Positions 16,879 through 25,371 of a stretch of DNA of 64,000 nt are shown one piece after another (positions within the stretch are counted from its first letter, which is position 1; each line of letters starts with the position of its first letter). A model generated the notes under the pieces. The model was not told the origin of the DNA, did no database searches, and worked only from the letters and a program-made list of their open reading frames with translations. The DNA comes from a virus (Duplodnaviria > Caudoviricetes): IMG/VR virus record IMGVR_UViG_3300037067_012088, positions 96,001 through 160,000 of that record. One strand, written 5' to 3'. Position numbers and translations under genes: made by a program.

Positions 16879-17328
16879 CTACCCTCGATAGGGAACGAAC
16901 CGCCCGGCGCGCCACACGAAACGCGGCCATTTCGTGCGCTTCCAATGGGCCGCGCTTGTCCCCTCGCAGTCATGCCAGCCCCCTACGAATCCGGCCAGTC
17001 CTTCGCGCTTGGCTAGGGCGCGCATCTGGCGCGTGACTTCACCCCATGCGGTGTGTCGATCATAGCGAACGACAAGCGCCTTGACGGCCGGGCCGGTTGC
17101 ATCGGCTAGCGTTTGGTAGCCGGGCAACGCATAGAAAGCGGGATTGCCGCGACGGACAACACGCAGCCACGGCCCCGAGCCTTCGCGCCTGAATGAGCCG
17201 CCCCGACATGTCACGCCACAGGTGCCGCCCACGTTGGCGAAGTTGGCACTCAAGCGCGCCGCCGTAGAAGCACGGACAGGGCGCAAGGTTTCGATATACT
17301 GGGGAGGCTCACGCCTCACGGTTGACAT
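16879..17328 (-). CDS. hypothetical protein
   Basis: ORF track; stop in the palindrome. Confidence 0.7.
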   Translation of the reverse strand: MSTVRREPPQYIETLRPVRASTAARLSANFANVGGTCGVTCRGGSFRREGSGPWLRVVRRGNPAFYALPGYQTLADATGPAVKALVVRYDRHTAWGEVTRQMRALAKREGLAGFVGGWHDCEGTSAAHWKRTKWPRFVWRAGRFVPYRG

Positions 17329-17332
17329 GGGA

Positions 17333-17701
17333 TCAGAGGGGGAGCTTGACCTGCATAAGCTCGGCTACCTTTGCGAGCGAACCGCGCGCGGCCTGCACTT
17401 GGTCAGGGCGTCCAACGTAGTTCGCCTTGTGCCGTTCGCTGTTTAGCAGGGCATAGTCAAGAGCATAGCGGATGACTTCGGCAAGGTCGATTGAGAGCGC
17501 CAGTTCAGCGGCGTCGATTCCTAGCTCGCGCCCGGCGGCGTCAAAGGCGGTGTATGAGGCGGCGAGCAGGGCGGCGTCTTCCGGCTTCTTCACGGTGGCG
17601 ATACCGTCAACGTGCCCAAGCGGGCCGATGTCGAGCGTTTCCCGGTTGGGAGACTGTCCGTATATATTGACGTGAAGCGGGCCTTTGGTCTGTTGATTCA
17701 T
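17333..17701 (-). CDS. hypothetical protein
   Basis: TTGACG-17-CAAGAT-7-ATG. Confidence 0.75.
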   Translation of the reverse strand: MNQQTKGPLHVNIYGQSPNRETLDIGPLGHVDGIATVKKPEDAALLAASYTAFDAAGRELGIDAAELALSIDLAEVIRYALDYALLNSERHKANYVGRPDQVQAARGSLAKVAELMQVKLPL

Positions 17702-17899
17702 GGTGAGTATCTTGGCTTATGTTTCCTGATCCGTCAATGCCAAAAGCAGCGCGACGCAGAGGAGAACGAGGACAAAGAGGAGCATAGAGGTAAAGTCACC
17801 TTGTATCAGACCCCGCACAAGGTTAAGCGGGTTTTGGGCTAGCTTCCCCACTCATGCCACGCCAAATGCAAAACGCGCTTTGTGGGGAGATTCGCCTAA

Positions 17900-18462
17900 A
17901 GAGGTGGAGTGGCCGGGTCAATTTCGTCCCCGACATTCCGGCGAATCACAGTCCAAACGGGTTGCCCCGCTCTTAGCTCCGCGCCGCACTCCGTAAGATG
18001 ATAAAGAAAGGGTGACCCGAATCGCACGGGTCTCACTGTTGATCTAGTTTCGGCCGCTGTTTGGTAGTGTCACACCTACTGGGCAGCCTATCACCGACTA
18101 ACGGGCAGTGCGCCGGACTCAGTGGTAACAATTCGACTGGTCGCGAAACCGGGTCTTTATCACCCGGCAAGACTTGGAAAGAGTTCCCCACCAGCTTCCT
18201 TTTGTCCGTTCTGCTAGCCACGCAGGGCGCGGGCGTTGTTACTAGGACGTGATTAGGCTGGCGGGGTGTTCGATGGATAGGGAAGGACGGATAGCGGCCC
18301 GGCCTGTCGTGACTTCTCACCTCACCCGCTATAAGGCGAGGTCAGGGCTTTACCCCTCGAAAGAGTCGGCGTGAGCCGGCACTAGAAGCTTGTCACCATA
18401 CGGTCAGAGGAGGGAGAGGGCTTTTGACCCAGTATCCAGCCGATGACCTATCCAAAGAACAA
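17900..18462 (-). ncRNA. candidate ~560-nt multi-domain ncRNA with tRNA-like modules
   Basis: Promoter TCGACC-17-CATTCT; boxA-like TTGTTCTTTGG; four end-paired domains; no credible ORF. Confidence 0.6.
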
Positions 18463-18553
18463 AGAGGAGAATGATAGGGAGTGCGAGAAAGGTCGAGATA
18501 AATCGTGCGATTTGATACCCTAGCGCGCGACTAGGTAGTCAACCCTATTGACA

Positions 18554-18709
18554 CTAGCTCTTGCGTTGCTCAAGGGGCATGCCCTTGGCTTGGTCGATGG
18601 CCTTGCGAACCGCCTCAACAGCGGCGCTCGAAGACATGAATTGACGAGTTTCGGTATCGGTCAATTTGATCGTGACCGCGCCGGTTTGGGTGGAGTGAGT
18701 GATTTGCAT
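18554..18709 (-). CDS. 51-aa hypothetical protein
   Basis: MQITHSTQTGAVTIKLTD.. Confidence 0.6.
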   Translation of the reverse strand: MQITHSTQTGAVTIKLTDTETRQFMSSSAAVEAVRKAIDQAKGMPLEQRKS

Positions 18710-18718
18710 GGGGAGTCC

Positions 18719-19099
18719 TTAGAAGCTGTGCGCCTCAAGCTCGGCGAGTTCGTTTTCCAGCCTGTGAATCTCGGCTTCGACATTCTCCTGCTTGTCGAGC
18801 GCGGCAAGCTCGGTCTCCCTTTCCTCGATAAACGCCTGTTTGGCGCGGTCGAGTTCGTCGGTGTCGTAATAGGAGCCGTCTATTTCGGTAAACCCATCGG
18901 AACTGTCGGCCACGCCACAGCGGAACGCGGTCGGGTCAAGCTCCTCAACGATTCGGGAGGCCGAAAACGTGAGGTTGCCCACCGAAATCTCGCCGCAAAC
19001 CTCGTCAAGCGTATTGCGGTAACGCTGTTCGAGGTCAACGGGCTTGCACTCGGCGGCGATATGGGCGATAAGGGCGGTGATGATGGGTGATTGATTCAT
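18719..19099 (-). CDS. acidic phage protein
   Basis: LDEVCGEISVGNLTFSASRIVEELDPTAFRCG; D/E-rich. Confidence 0.8.
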   Translation of the reverse strand: MNQSPIITALIAHIAAECKPVDLEQRYRNTLDEVCGEISVGNLTFSASRIVEELDPTAFRCGVADSSDGFTEIDGSYYDTDELDRAKQAFIEERETELAALDKQENVEAEIHRLENELAELEAHSF

Positions 19100-19168
19100 G
19101 GCGGTAAGAGTGACAGGTGCGGGTGATAAAGCGAGAGGAAAGTGACGCGAAGCGTCAAAGTTGATACC

Positions 19169-19465
19169 CTAGCGCGATTGGGGGGAATCCCCTAGCAGCC
19201 GGCGTGCCTCGGCATACGTCTCGTTATCCTCGGGCTTGAGTCGGCTTACCGTGAGGAAGACGCGCATGGACTCGGCACAGTCACCTAGGGACGCGCGCAA
19301 AGCGGACCACTCATTAGCCGCGCGCGCAAGGTAGTTCGCTACCTCAGTAGGCATTTGATGCGAGCCGATCCGGTTGCGGTGCGTCGTGCCGGGTTCCTGA
19401 TAGGTCAGGAGAGAATGGCCCGGCTGGCTGGTCTCGGCGACGGTGAAGAGAGGAGGGTTAAGCAT
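19169..19465 (-). CDS. hypothetical protein
   Basis: ORF track. Confidence 0.7.
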   Translation of the reverse strand: MLNPPLFTVAETSQPGHSLLTYQEPGTTHRNRIGSHQMPTEVANYLARAANEWSALRASLGDCAESMRVFLTVSRLKPEDNETYAEARRLLGDSPQSR

Positions 19466-19474
19466 GGGGGCTAG

Positions 19475-19918
19475 CTAGACAGGCTGATTGAACCGATGGG
19501 CATACTCAACCGCGAACGCGGCGGTGCGCTCCGGTGAATAGGCGCTCCCGTCATTCAGCGCCTCCAAGTCATCGCCCAACCGGAACAGGAGATTGTCCAG
19601 TCCGCGCACGACAAACTGACTCTTGCGATGGTGAGACTGGTTGATGTCGCCAAATGAGTCGGCGAAGCACGCGGGTGAATCGGAACGGATATTCCAGCAG
19701 GCCACATGCACGTCGGGCTGGCAGCTCTTCCCGTTGAAGTCAACCCATATAACTGCGCCGCCCTTGTGGGCGATTTCAAGGCGCAGCTCGTGCGGCCCGG
19801 CGAACTCGTTGTCGTCCGTGACGGTTGCCCCAAGGGATTCGCACAGCGCGCGGACCTGTCGGATCATTTCGATGCGGTCAGCCTTGCGGCGTTCGGTGAG
19901 GGGAGCGATTTGATTCAT
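19475..19918 (-). CDS. hypothetical protein
   Basis: TTGCAT-17-CATACT-7-ATG. Confidence 0.75.
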   Translation of the reverse strand: MNQIAPLTERRKADRIEMIRQVRALCESLGATVTDDNEFAGPHELRLEIAHKGGAVIWVDFNGKSCQPDVHVACWNIRSDSPACFADSFGDINQSHHRKSQFVVRGLDNLLFRLGDDLEALNDGSAYSPERTAAFAVEYAHRFNQPV

Positions 19919-19986
19919 GGGATGGAGTATGTGAGGGATTCGCGCCGGATGCAAGCGCGGCGACTACTTATATTGACCTAGGGAGA

Positions 19987-20190
19987 TCACCCCACCCGCG
20001 AGATTCGGAACGCACCTGCCGCGCCGCCGCCCAACCTGTAGCCGCTCCCCATGTCAAGGGCCGCGCGCATATCGGAGAGAGTGGCCGGATCAAAGCCGTC
20101 GTTGGCTTCGAGCATTTTGTCCCACGTGGTCAGGGTGGGTTCACCTCGCGGGTTGCCGTAGGTGTCGAGGGGTTGGATGGAAATAGTCAT
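19987..20190 (-). CDS. small protein, paralog of 21725-22000
   Basis: IQPLD..G.P..WD..L.AN.GF..GGGAAGAFR. Confidence 0.8.
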   Translation of the reverse strand: MTISIQPLDTYGNPRGEPTLTTWDKMLEANDGFDPATLSDMRAALDMGSGYRLGGGAAGAFRISRVG

Positions 20191-20195
20191 GGGGA

Positions 20196-20699
20196 TCAGA
20201 GAGCCAGCGCGGCGTTCGCGCCCTTGACGGAAGCGTCGTCTTTGCCGCCGAAACGCTCGCGGTCGTCGTCGGGCATGTCGCTGATGTCGTCGAGCAGATT
20301 GGAGAGAGCAGCGCGAAGTGCCGCGATCTTGTCTGCGTCGCTGACCTCCTTAACCTCGATGCCCTGTTCTTTGGCGGCGGCGAGGATGAGCTTATCGAGC
20401 ACGGCGTCTACTTTTCCCTCGGCAATGATGGCGTCGAAATCGAGATTGCAGCCGCGCCCGTATGTGCGTCGGGGCAGCTTGCCCACTTTGAACAGCGCGC
20501 GGAACTCGGCGCCCCGGTTGCACAGTCCATTATTGAACAGGTCGTAGTAGCAGTTCCGCGCGCGGCGGTAACGGTCAAGAGCCTTGTTCGCGCCCTTGGC
20601 CTCTGGGCACTCGCCAGACGCGGGAATCAGTTTGTCCATCTTGTCGGCAACAGCTTTGTAGCGGCCTTGGCTATTCCAGTAGGAGGTTGAGAGGTTCAT
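20196..20699 (-). CDS. hypothetical phage protein
   Basis: YWNSQGRY..LIPASG..YYDLFNNGLCN. Confidence 0.8.
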   Translation of the reverse strand: MNLSTSYWNSQGRYKAVADKMDKLIPASGECPEAKGANKALDRYRRARNCYYDLFNNGLCNRGAEFRALFKVGKLPRRTYGRGCNLDFDAIIAEGKVDAVLDKLILAAAKEQGIEVKEVSDADKIAALRAALSNLLDDISDMPDDDRERFGGKDDASVKGANAALAL

Positions 20700-20763
20700 G
20701 ACAGCAATCTGACAGGGTTTCAGTGATAAGGGAAGCGAAATCGCGCGGGATAGGGAATGGACC

Positions 20764-21210
20764 CTAAGCCCTCATAGGGTCCGCAATCCCGTCATACAGG
20801 ATGCCAAGGTCCATGTTCTGCCGCTCGCCTGTGGCATAGCAGTCGTCAATGGCTCCGTCATATTCGGTTTGGCGCCAACCGCGTTTGGCCGCGTAGACCT
20901 CAAGGATCAACCACGCTTCATCGAAGGTGTAGGGTAAGCAACCGGAGCACGGGAGGGTCAGCGCCTCAACCCAGCGGCCCTTGACTTTCTTGCGCTCGAT
21001 GGGGATGACGACCGTGAAATGGCGGCGCTGATTGACCTGTCCCGCGTCAATGTCGGCGGCGCGCTGGATAAGGGCAGCCTTACGATCCTCGGCGCGGAAC
21101 GAGTCGGCGGGAATCACCTTGGCGATATATCTCATTTCGTTGGCCACCTGAGCGGGAGTCATGTGACCGGAAGAGATGGCGGGGTTGCCGCGATAGTAGG
21201 GGGCGTTCAT
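20764..21210 (-). CDS. hypothetical protein
   Basis: ATGA overlap. Confidence 0.75.
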   Translation of the reverse strand: MNAPYYRGNPAISSGHMTPAQVANEMRYIAKVIPADSFRAEDRKAALIQRAADIDAGQVNQRRHFTVVIPIERKKVKGRWVEALTLPCSGCLPYTFDEAWLILEVYAAKRGWRQTEYDGAIDDCYATGERQNMDLGILYDGIADPMRA

Positions 21211-21452
21211 GATTGGTAAAGCGAAGAGAGGAGTTGACCGTCACGAATCGCGCGTAACTCACCGCGCAAGTCACCACGACGAATCTTGAGGGTCATAGGC
21301 TTGTCGAAATAGGTCGTCGCCAGAATGAGGGTAACGCGATTGGCCTTGGATACCGTCCCGCTGACTGGCGAAAACGCTCGGTCGCCCTGAGCACGGATGA
21401 GGTCGCCCGCCTGAATGGTTTCGAGAGTGATTAGGCCGGTGGGTTGTTTCAT
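21207..21452 (-). CDS. small beta-barrel-like protein
   Basis: IQAGDLIR..GTVSKANRVTL. Confidence 0.7.
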   Translation of the reverse strand: MKQPTGLITLETIQAGDLIRAQGDRAFSPVSGTVSKANRVTLILATTYFDKPMTLKIRRGDLRGELRAIRDGQLLSSLYQS

Positions 21453-21530
21453 GGGACGGATTAGACCACAGGTTGTGCGGTTTGTCGAATGGTGAGATGC
21501 CTCAATCGTGATAGGGTATAGACCCCAGAT

Positions 21531-21728
21531 TCAAGCAACCCACTTGAATCCTAGCTTGCCCGCGCACTTCTTGACCTGCTTCATAGCACGGCGCGCAAGG
21601 GGCTTGGCTTCATTCTCGGGGTTAATCTGCTCGAATATGAAACGCAGTGAGTCAAGATCTTCGCTCGTCACGCGAAGAGAGAAGACGACACGCTTACCGT
21701 TTGGGATATAGGGATCGCCGGGATTCAT
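21531..21728 (-). CDS. hypothetical protein
   Basis: ATGA overlap. Confidence 0.65.
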   Translation of the reverse strand: MNPGDPYIPNGKRVVFSLRVTSEDLDSLRFIFEQINPENEAKPLARRAMKQVKKCAGKLGFKWVA

Positions 21729-22000
21729 GCGGGAATCCGCGTCAATCGAAATGCCCCCGCCGCGCCGCCGCCAATCACATACTCGCGCCCTAAACGAAGG
21801 GCGGTCGTCATCTCACCTAGCGTGAAGAGGTCGTGCTTGAAGCCGTTGTTGGCCCGCAGAAAAGCGTCCCAGTTCTCGGTGAAGGCCTTGTCGGTGGGAT
21901 GGCCGAGGTGGTCTAAGGGTTGGATTGTCACTTGCGGTGTTGCTTGCGGGCTTACGCCCACGGCGCAACGATGTCCTGCGGACATGGGGAGAGGTTTCAT
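21725..22000 (-). CDS. small protein, paralog of 19987-20190
   Basis: IQPLDHLGHP..GGGAAGAFR. Confidence 0.75.
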   Translation of the reverse strand: MKPLPMSAGHRCAVGVSPQATPQVTIQPLDHLGHPTDKAFTENWDAFLRANNGFKHDLFTLGEMTTALRLGREYVIGGGAAGAFRLTRIPA

Positions 22001-22004
22001 GTGG

Positions 22005-22301
22005 TCAAGCCTTGTTGAGTGCCCGGCGCGCGGCGTTGGCCCAGTCATCACAGAAGCGGATGGCTCCGATAGCGTCGGGTATGAGTTTGAGCACATGCTT
22101 AAAGCTCGCTGAATCGGCAACCTCGTTCGGCGAGAGCCCGCTTGCGATGCGTGCTGCCTTGTATTCGGCATAGGTGAGCGACCACACGTCGCCGCGCTTG
22201 AAGCGGGCGTGCATGATGCCGTAGGCAATGGCTTCGTATTCGCTCTTGTCGCAGACGCTTTCCCAAGGAAAGGTGAGGAAAGTTGATGGAGGAAGGTTCA
22301 T
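22005..22301 (-). CDS. hypothetical protein
   Basis: ORF track. Confidence 0.75.
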   Translation of the reverse strand: MNLPPSTFLTFPWESVCDKSEYEAIAYGIMHARFKRGDVWSLTYAEYKAARIASGLSPNEVADSASFKHVLKLIPDAIGAIRFCDDWANAARRALNKA

Positions 22302-22305
22302 GGGG

Positions 22306-22560
22306 TTAGATAGCTTGGGTGTTCATGCAGGCGGCATGGGCGCGGATAACGATTTGGCAAGCATGGTCACCGCCTTGGAAAGCGTCATAGATGCGACTGA
22401 TGCCGTTGACCGCTTCGGCGCACTCATGACGTGTATCTCGGTCTTGGGCGCGCAGTTCATATTCGACAATCTCGGCGAGTGCGCCAAGTTGGCCTGCGCT
22501 CAGATATGGGCTGACGCGGGTAAGGATGCGGGCGACACGGGCTTCGGTGGTAGGTTTCAT
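22306..22560 (-). CDS. hypothetical protein
   Basis: TTGAGT-17-TATAGT promoter. Confidence 0.75.
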   Translation of the reverse strand: MKPTTEARVARILTRVSPYLSAGQLGALAEIVEYELRAQDRDTRHECAEAVNGISRIYDAFQGGDHACQIVIRAHAACMNTQAI

Positions 22561-22610
22561 GTGAGGATACTATACCAGATTCGGAGGCTTGACTCAATAG
22601 GGGGTGCCCC

Positions 22611-22985
22611 TCATTCGGAGTGAGGTGAATTGCCTACTGCCGCCAAAGCCTCCTTCAGCGTCATGTTGGGACCATCGCCCCGCGAGAACGTGACAGGCTT
22701 GTCCGCCGACTTGAACATGGGCACGTTAGCCGTGTAGCCGCCCAGATAGAGCTTGAGCCACTGCGTTGCGCGAGTAGGGGACATGCGCCAGCCCGGTTGA
22801 TGCCCGCGAGCCCATCGGCCATTCAAGCCTTCCGCGAGCCAGCTTGCACGGTCCTTCCAGCCGTCCGGATTCTCGCGCTCAAGGGCCAGCACCATGCCCT
22901 TACCATATCGCGCGAGCGAACAGGAATAGCGCACCCCATCATGAGTGCCGGAATAGGAGAGGGGGATAAGGTCGGGGTTTCTCAT
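22611..22985 (-). CDS. hypothetical protein
   Basis: ATGA overlap. Confidence 0.75.
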   Translation of the reverse strand: MRNPDLIPLSYSGTHDGVRYSCSLARYGKGMVLALERENPDGWKDRASWLAEGLNGRWARGHQPGWRMSPTRATQWLKLYLGGYTANVPMFKSADKPVTFSRGDGPNMTLKEALAAVGNSPHSE

Positions 22986-23512
22986 GTGGTCTTCCCCGTC
23001 ATCATGACGCCGAAAGCGCTCCCGTTGCCGCCGTTGACATGCTCCCGGCGATTGGAGTCAAGGGGACGCAAGACAATCGGCATCCCGCCCTCGCGTATCT
23101 CAATCTCCATCAGCCCACCGCCGAGAGCGCGCATCAGGGTCTCTAGATTCTTGGCGCTGACGACGATCTTAATCGGCGTGCCATCGCGCGGAATCACTTG
23201 CTCCACATTGGGTGCGGCGGGCTGCTTGTCGGGGCGCGGAAAGGAGGCTCCATTGGCGCACACATAACGGTCGCCGCAATCGACTTGTAACGGCGCACTG
23301 GCGGGAGTGGCCTTTCGCGCGTTAGACATGGCTTCAAGCGAGATGATACCGTCGCGGTCATCGGTGCCGCGCTCACAGGGGAACACGCCCATGATTTGAC
23401 CGTTTAGCGCGATGACGGTTGAGCCGGACAAGAAGGGCGCTTCCCACTGGGGGCGGCGCGCATCAGGGTCGGCAACGAGCAGTTCAGGCTTGAATGATTT
23501 GGAGAGCTTCAT
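22982..23512 (-). CDS. DNA polymerase III beta-clamp-like protein (truncated)
   Basis: D.RRP..VIALNGQIM, P.VEQVIP, VSAKNL..L..PIVL..FGVMM resemble the DnaN middle/C-terminal domains. Confidence 0.55.
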   Translation of the reverse strand: MKLSKSFKPELLVADPDARRPQWEAPFLSGSTVIALNGQIMGVFPCERGTDDRDGIISLEAMSNARKATPASAPLQVDCGDRYVCANGASFPRPDKQPAAPNVEQVIPRDGTPIKIVVSAKNLETLMRALGGGLMEIEIREGGMPIVLRPLDSNRREHVNGGNGSAFGVMMTGKTT

Positions 23513-23542
23513 CGGATTACTCTAATGGGTTGATTGCCGTTG

Positions 23543-23857
23543 TCACGAAGAATCGGGTCGCCAAAGCACGAAATGCTTGGTCACGAAACGCGAGAGCTTG
23601 GTCTGAATCTGCTTAACGGTGAAGCCCTCTACGATGACAAGAAACTGAAGGGTATAGTGACTGTCCCACTCGACAATCTCAAGACCCGTCTCCTTCTTCG
23701 CGCGGTTCAGGAATTCGTCATAGCCCGGTCCCGTCCAATAGGCTTGCACCATGTCGTTAGGTTCGTGTTCGGCGGGATCGAACATGGGAGATGACGGTTT
23801 GAGACTAAGGGTGCTGTCTCCTACGTCAAACCATGCTTTCCAGAGTGAGGCTTTCAT
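23543..23857 (-). CDS. hypothetical protein
   Basis: ORF track; ATG 23857. Confidence 0.7.
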   Translation of the reverse strand: MKASLWKAWFDVGDSTLSLKPSSPMFDPAEHEPNDMVQAYWTGPGYDEFLNRAKKETGLEIVEWDSHYTLQFLVIVEGFTVKQIQTKLSRFVTKHFVLWRPDSS

Positions 23858-23955
23858 GTCAGGCAAGAAAGCACCCACGCGCCCAAGACGGCGAGCGTCA
23901 CGGCGAGCAGGAGGAGGTTAGGGTCACGGGTTTTCACTGCCCATATCCTACACCC

Positions 23956-24180
23956 TTAACTCGCCCTGTCAACACCAATTCGCTTCCGCCATCTCTTTTC
24001 TTGCGCCGCAATCACCTTCTCCATCTTGAGTATCGCTGCCTTGAACACGGGTAAAGCTGCCTCTTCCGGCGTCATATCGGGTATCTCAACCGGCGCGGGG
24101 AAGGTTAACGGAAACTGAGGGGAATCAGTGAGAGGAGAGCACACGCGGGGATTGTAGCGAATGGGTTGGTCCTCGTTCAC
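23956..24180 (-). CDS. hypothetical protein
   Basis: GTGA overlap. Confidence 0.6.
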   Translation of the reverse strand: MNEDQPIRYNPRVCSPLTDSPQFPLTFPAPVEIPDMTPEEAALPVFKAAILKMEKVIAAQEKRWRKRIGVDRAS

Positions 24181-24440
24181 GCGCGATGCTTGACAATCCA
24201 GCGCCGGTAGTTCGCCTCATAGACAGAAGGCTCGCCCTCGGTCTTGGCGAACGGCACGCCGTTCAAGTGAGCAAGGGCCGTGTCGAAGAAGTCGAGAGAG
24301 GCTTGACCCACAGAGAACGTGTCATGAGGGAATAGGGCGCGCAGCTCGCGGTAGCGCAGATCGAGGAAGAGGTCGAGCGCGATTGAGGGGTTATCGCGGA
24401 GCTTCTGAGAGCAGTTGATGAGATAGGCGGCGAGAGTCAT
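24177..24440 (-). CDS. hypothetical protein
   Basis: MTLAAYLINC.. Confidence 0.7.
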   Translation of the reverse strand: MTLAAYLINCSQKLRDNPSIALDLFLDLRYRELRALFPHDTFSVGQASLDFFDTALAHLNGVPFAKTEGEPSVYEANYRRWIVKHRA

Positions 24441-24441
24441 G

Positions 24442-24768
24442 TTAATCGGGCTGATTCGCCGGAACACCCTCAACGAACGTCGCTTCGAGATGGTCGAGCA
24501 GCGCGGCCAGCGTGTCGTGCTGATAGATAGCCGGCCACCACTTGTTCTCAATCGCAACGTCGGACCTGTTGAACGTCCACTTACCATTGACATCCTGCAT
24601 CAGCGGATGCGAGTCTTGGATATCCCACGTGTGCCCGAAGTGGCGTCGTTCGGCTCCCGGAGCCGGACAATACCAGATGTCGAGGATGCGGTCTTTCTCG
24701 CCTCGGATGTTGAGGCGCGCCGGGTCTTTCGAGGCCACGAAACGAGCAGTTGAGGGGTAGGTGTTCAT
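24442..24768 (-). CDS. hypothetical protein
   Basis: ATGA overlap. Confidence 0.7.
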   Translation of the reverse strand: MNTYPSTARFVASKDPARLNIRGEKDRILDIWYCPAPGAERRHFGHTWDIQDSHPLMQDVNGKWTFNRSDVAIENKWWPAIYQHDTLAALLDHLEATFVEGVPANQPD

Positions 24769-25124
24769 GGGATAGTCGGCTTCACCAGTTCCCACACCGC
24801 GCGCAGGGTGGTCAGGGAATGGGTATTACGGTAGCTGTCGAACGCGCGTTTGATGTCGCGATACAGTGTCTCGGCAGCCTTCTCATCTTGCCACTCTTGC
24901 TCGGAGGCGTAGAGCTGACGATTGACGCAGAACTCGGTCTTCTCCCCCCACGTATCGAGATGGAATTGAATCTCATGATGTGGAGCCATCTCAGTTGAGC
25001 ACGAGAAATACTTGCGCCCCACTGAGCGCACGATGATCGGGGTAGCCTTTTGGGCGACGTTTCGCGCCGCGTTGCCCACGTTGACGGAATAGAGGGTTTG
25101 GCCGATGACGGGAGTGGGTTTCAT
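24765..25124 (-). CDS. hypothetical phage beta-barrel protein
   Basis: VIGQTLY..VRSVGRKYF; CAAG-class promoter 25131-25159. Confidence 0.8.
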   Translation of the reverse strand: MKPTPVIGQTLYSVNVGNAARNVAQKATPIIVRSVGRKYFSCSTEMAPHHEIQFHLDTWGEKTEFCVNRQLYASEQEWQDEKAAETLYRDIKRAFDSYRNTHSLTTLRAVWELVKPTIP

Positions 25125-25155
25125 GCGCATATCCTGTAGGGCTTGTCCTCTAGGG

Positions 25156-25371
25156 TCAAGACTCAATTTGACTCGCGAACAAAGTGTAAACCCAAAGCAA
25201 AGCCTCGTCATCCTGCGGTTCGTCGAAGGGGATTACCTCGTCTAGAGGGCAACCCAAATGGCCGGCATAGAGTTGGGCTAGATTCGTCAGCGTCTCAACC
25301 GGCTGTTTCCTTAGCCACGCAATCACGTTGGCGTTGCGGAGGGCGCGGGAGAGGGGAGCGGAAGGAGTCAT
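25156..25371 (-). CDS. hypothetical protein
   Basis: ATGA overlap. Confidence 0.7.
   Translation of the reverse strand: MTPSAPLSRALRNANVIAWLRKQPVETLTNLAQLYAGHLGCPLDEVIPFDEPQDDEALLWVYTLFASQIES

Larger units (their letters stand above)
5184..25152. repeat. dispersed palindrome TAGGG-N6-CCCTA (~25 copies)
   Basis: Perfect at 8412, 9066, 9476, 13772, 15529, 16354, 16866, 20751; degenerate at 5184, 5207, 9221, 9245, 12829, 12854, 14090, 17835, 17883, 18532, 19179, 19979, 21512, 22598, 25137 and others. Confidence 0.9.

Noticed and set aside
17903-18165. Canonical tRNA or tmRNA genes
   Set aside because: No standard GTTCRA T-loop or clear anticodon arm, and no tag reading frame; kept only as tRNA-like modules.
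5184-25152. Integron attC-type cassette array
   Set aside because: Sites are only 16 bp, lack RYYYAAC/GTTRRRY cores, and no integrase is in the window; a regulatory role is more parsimonious.
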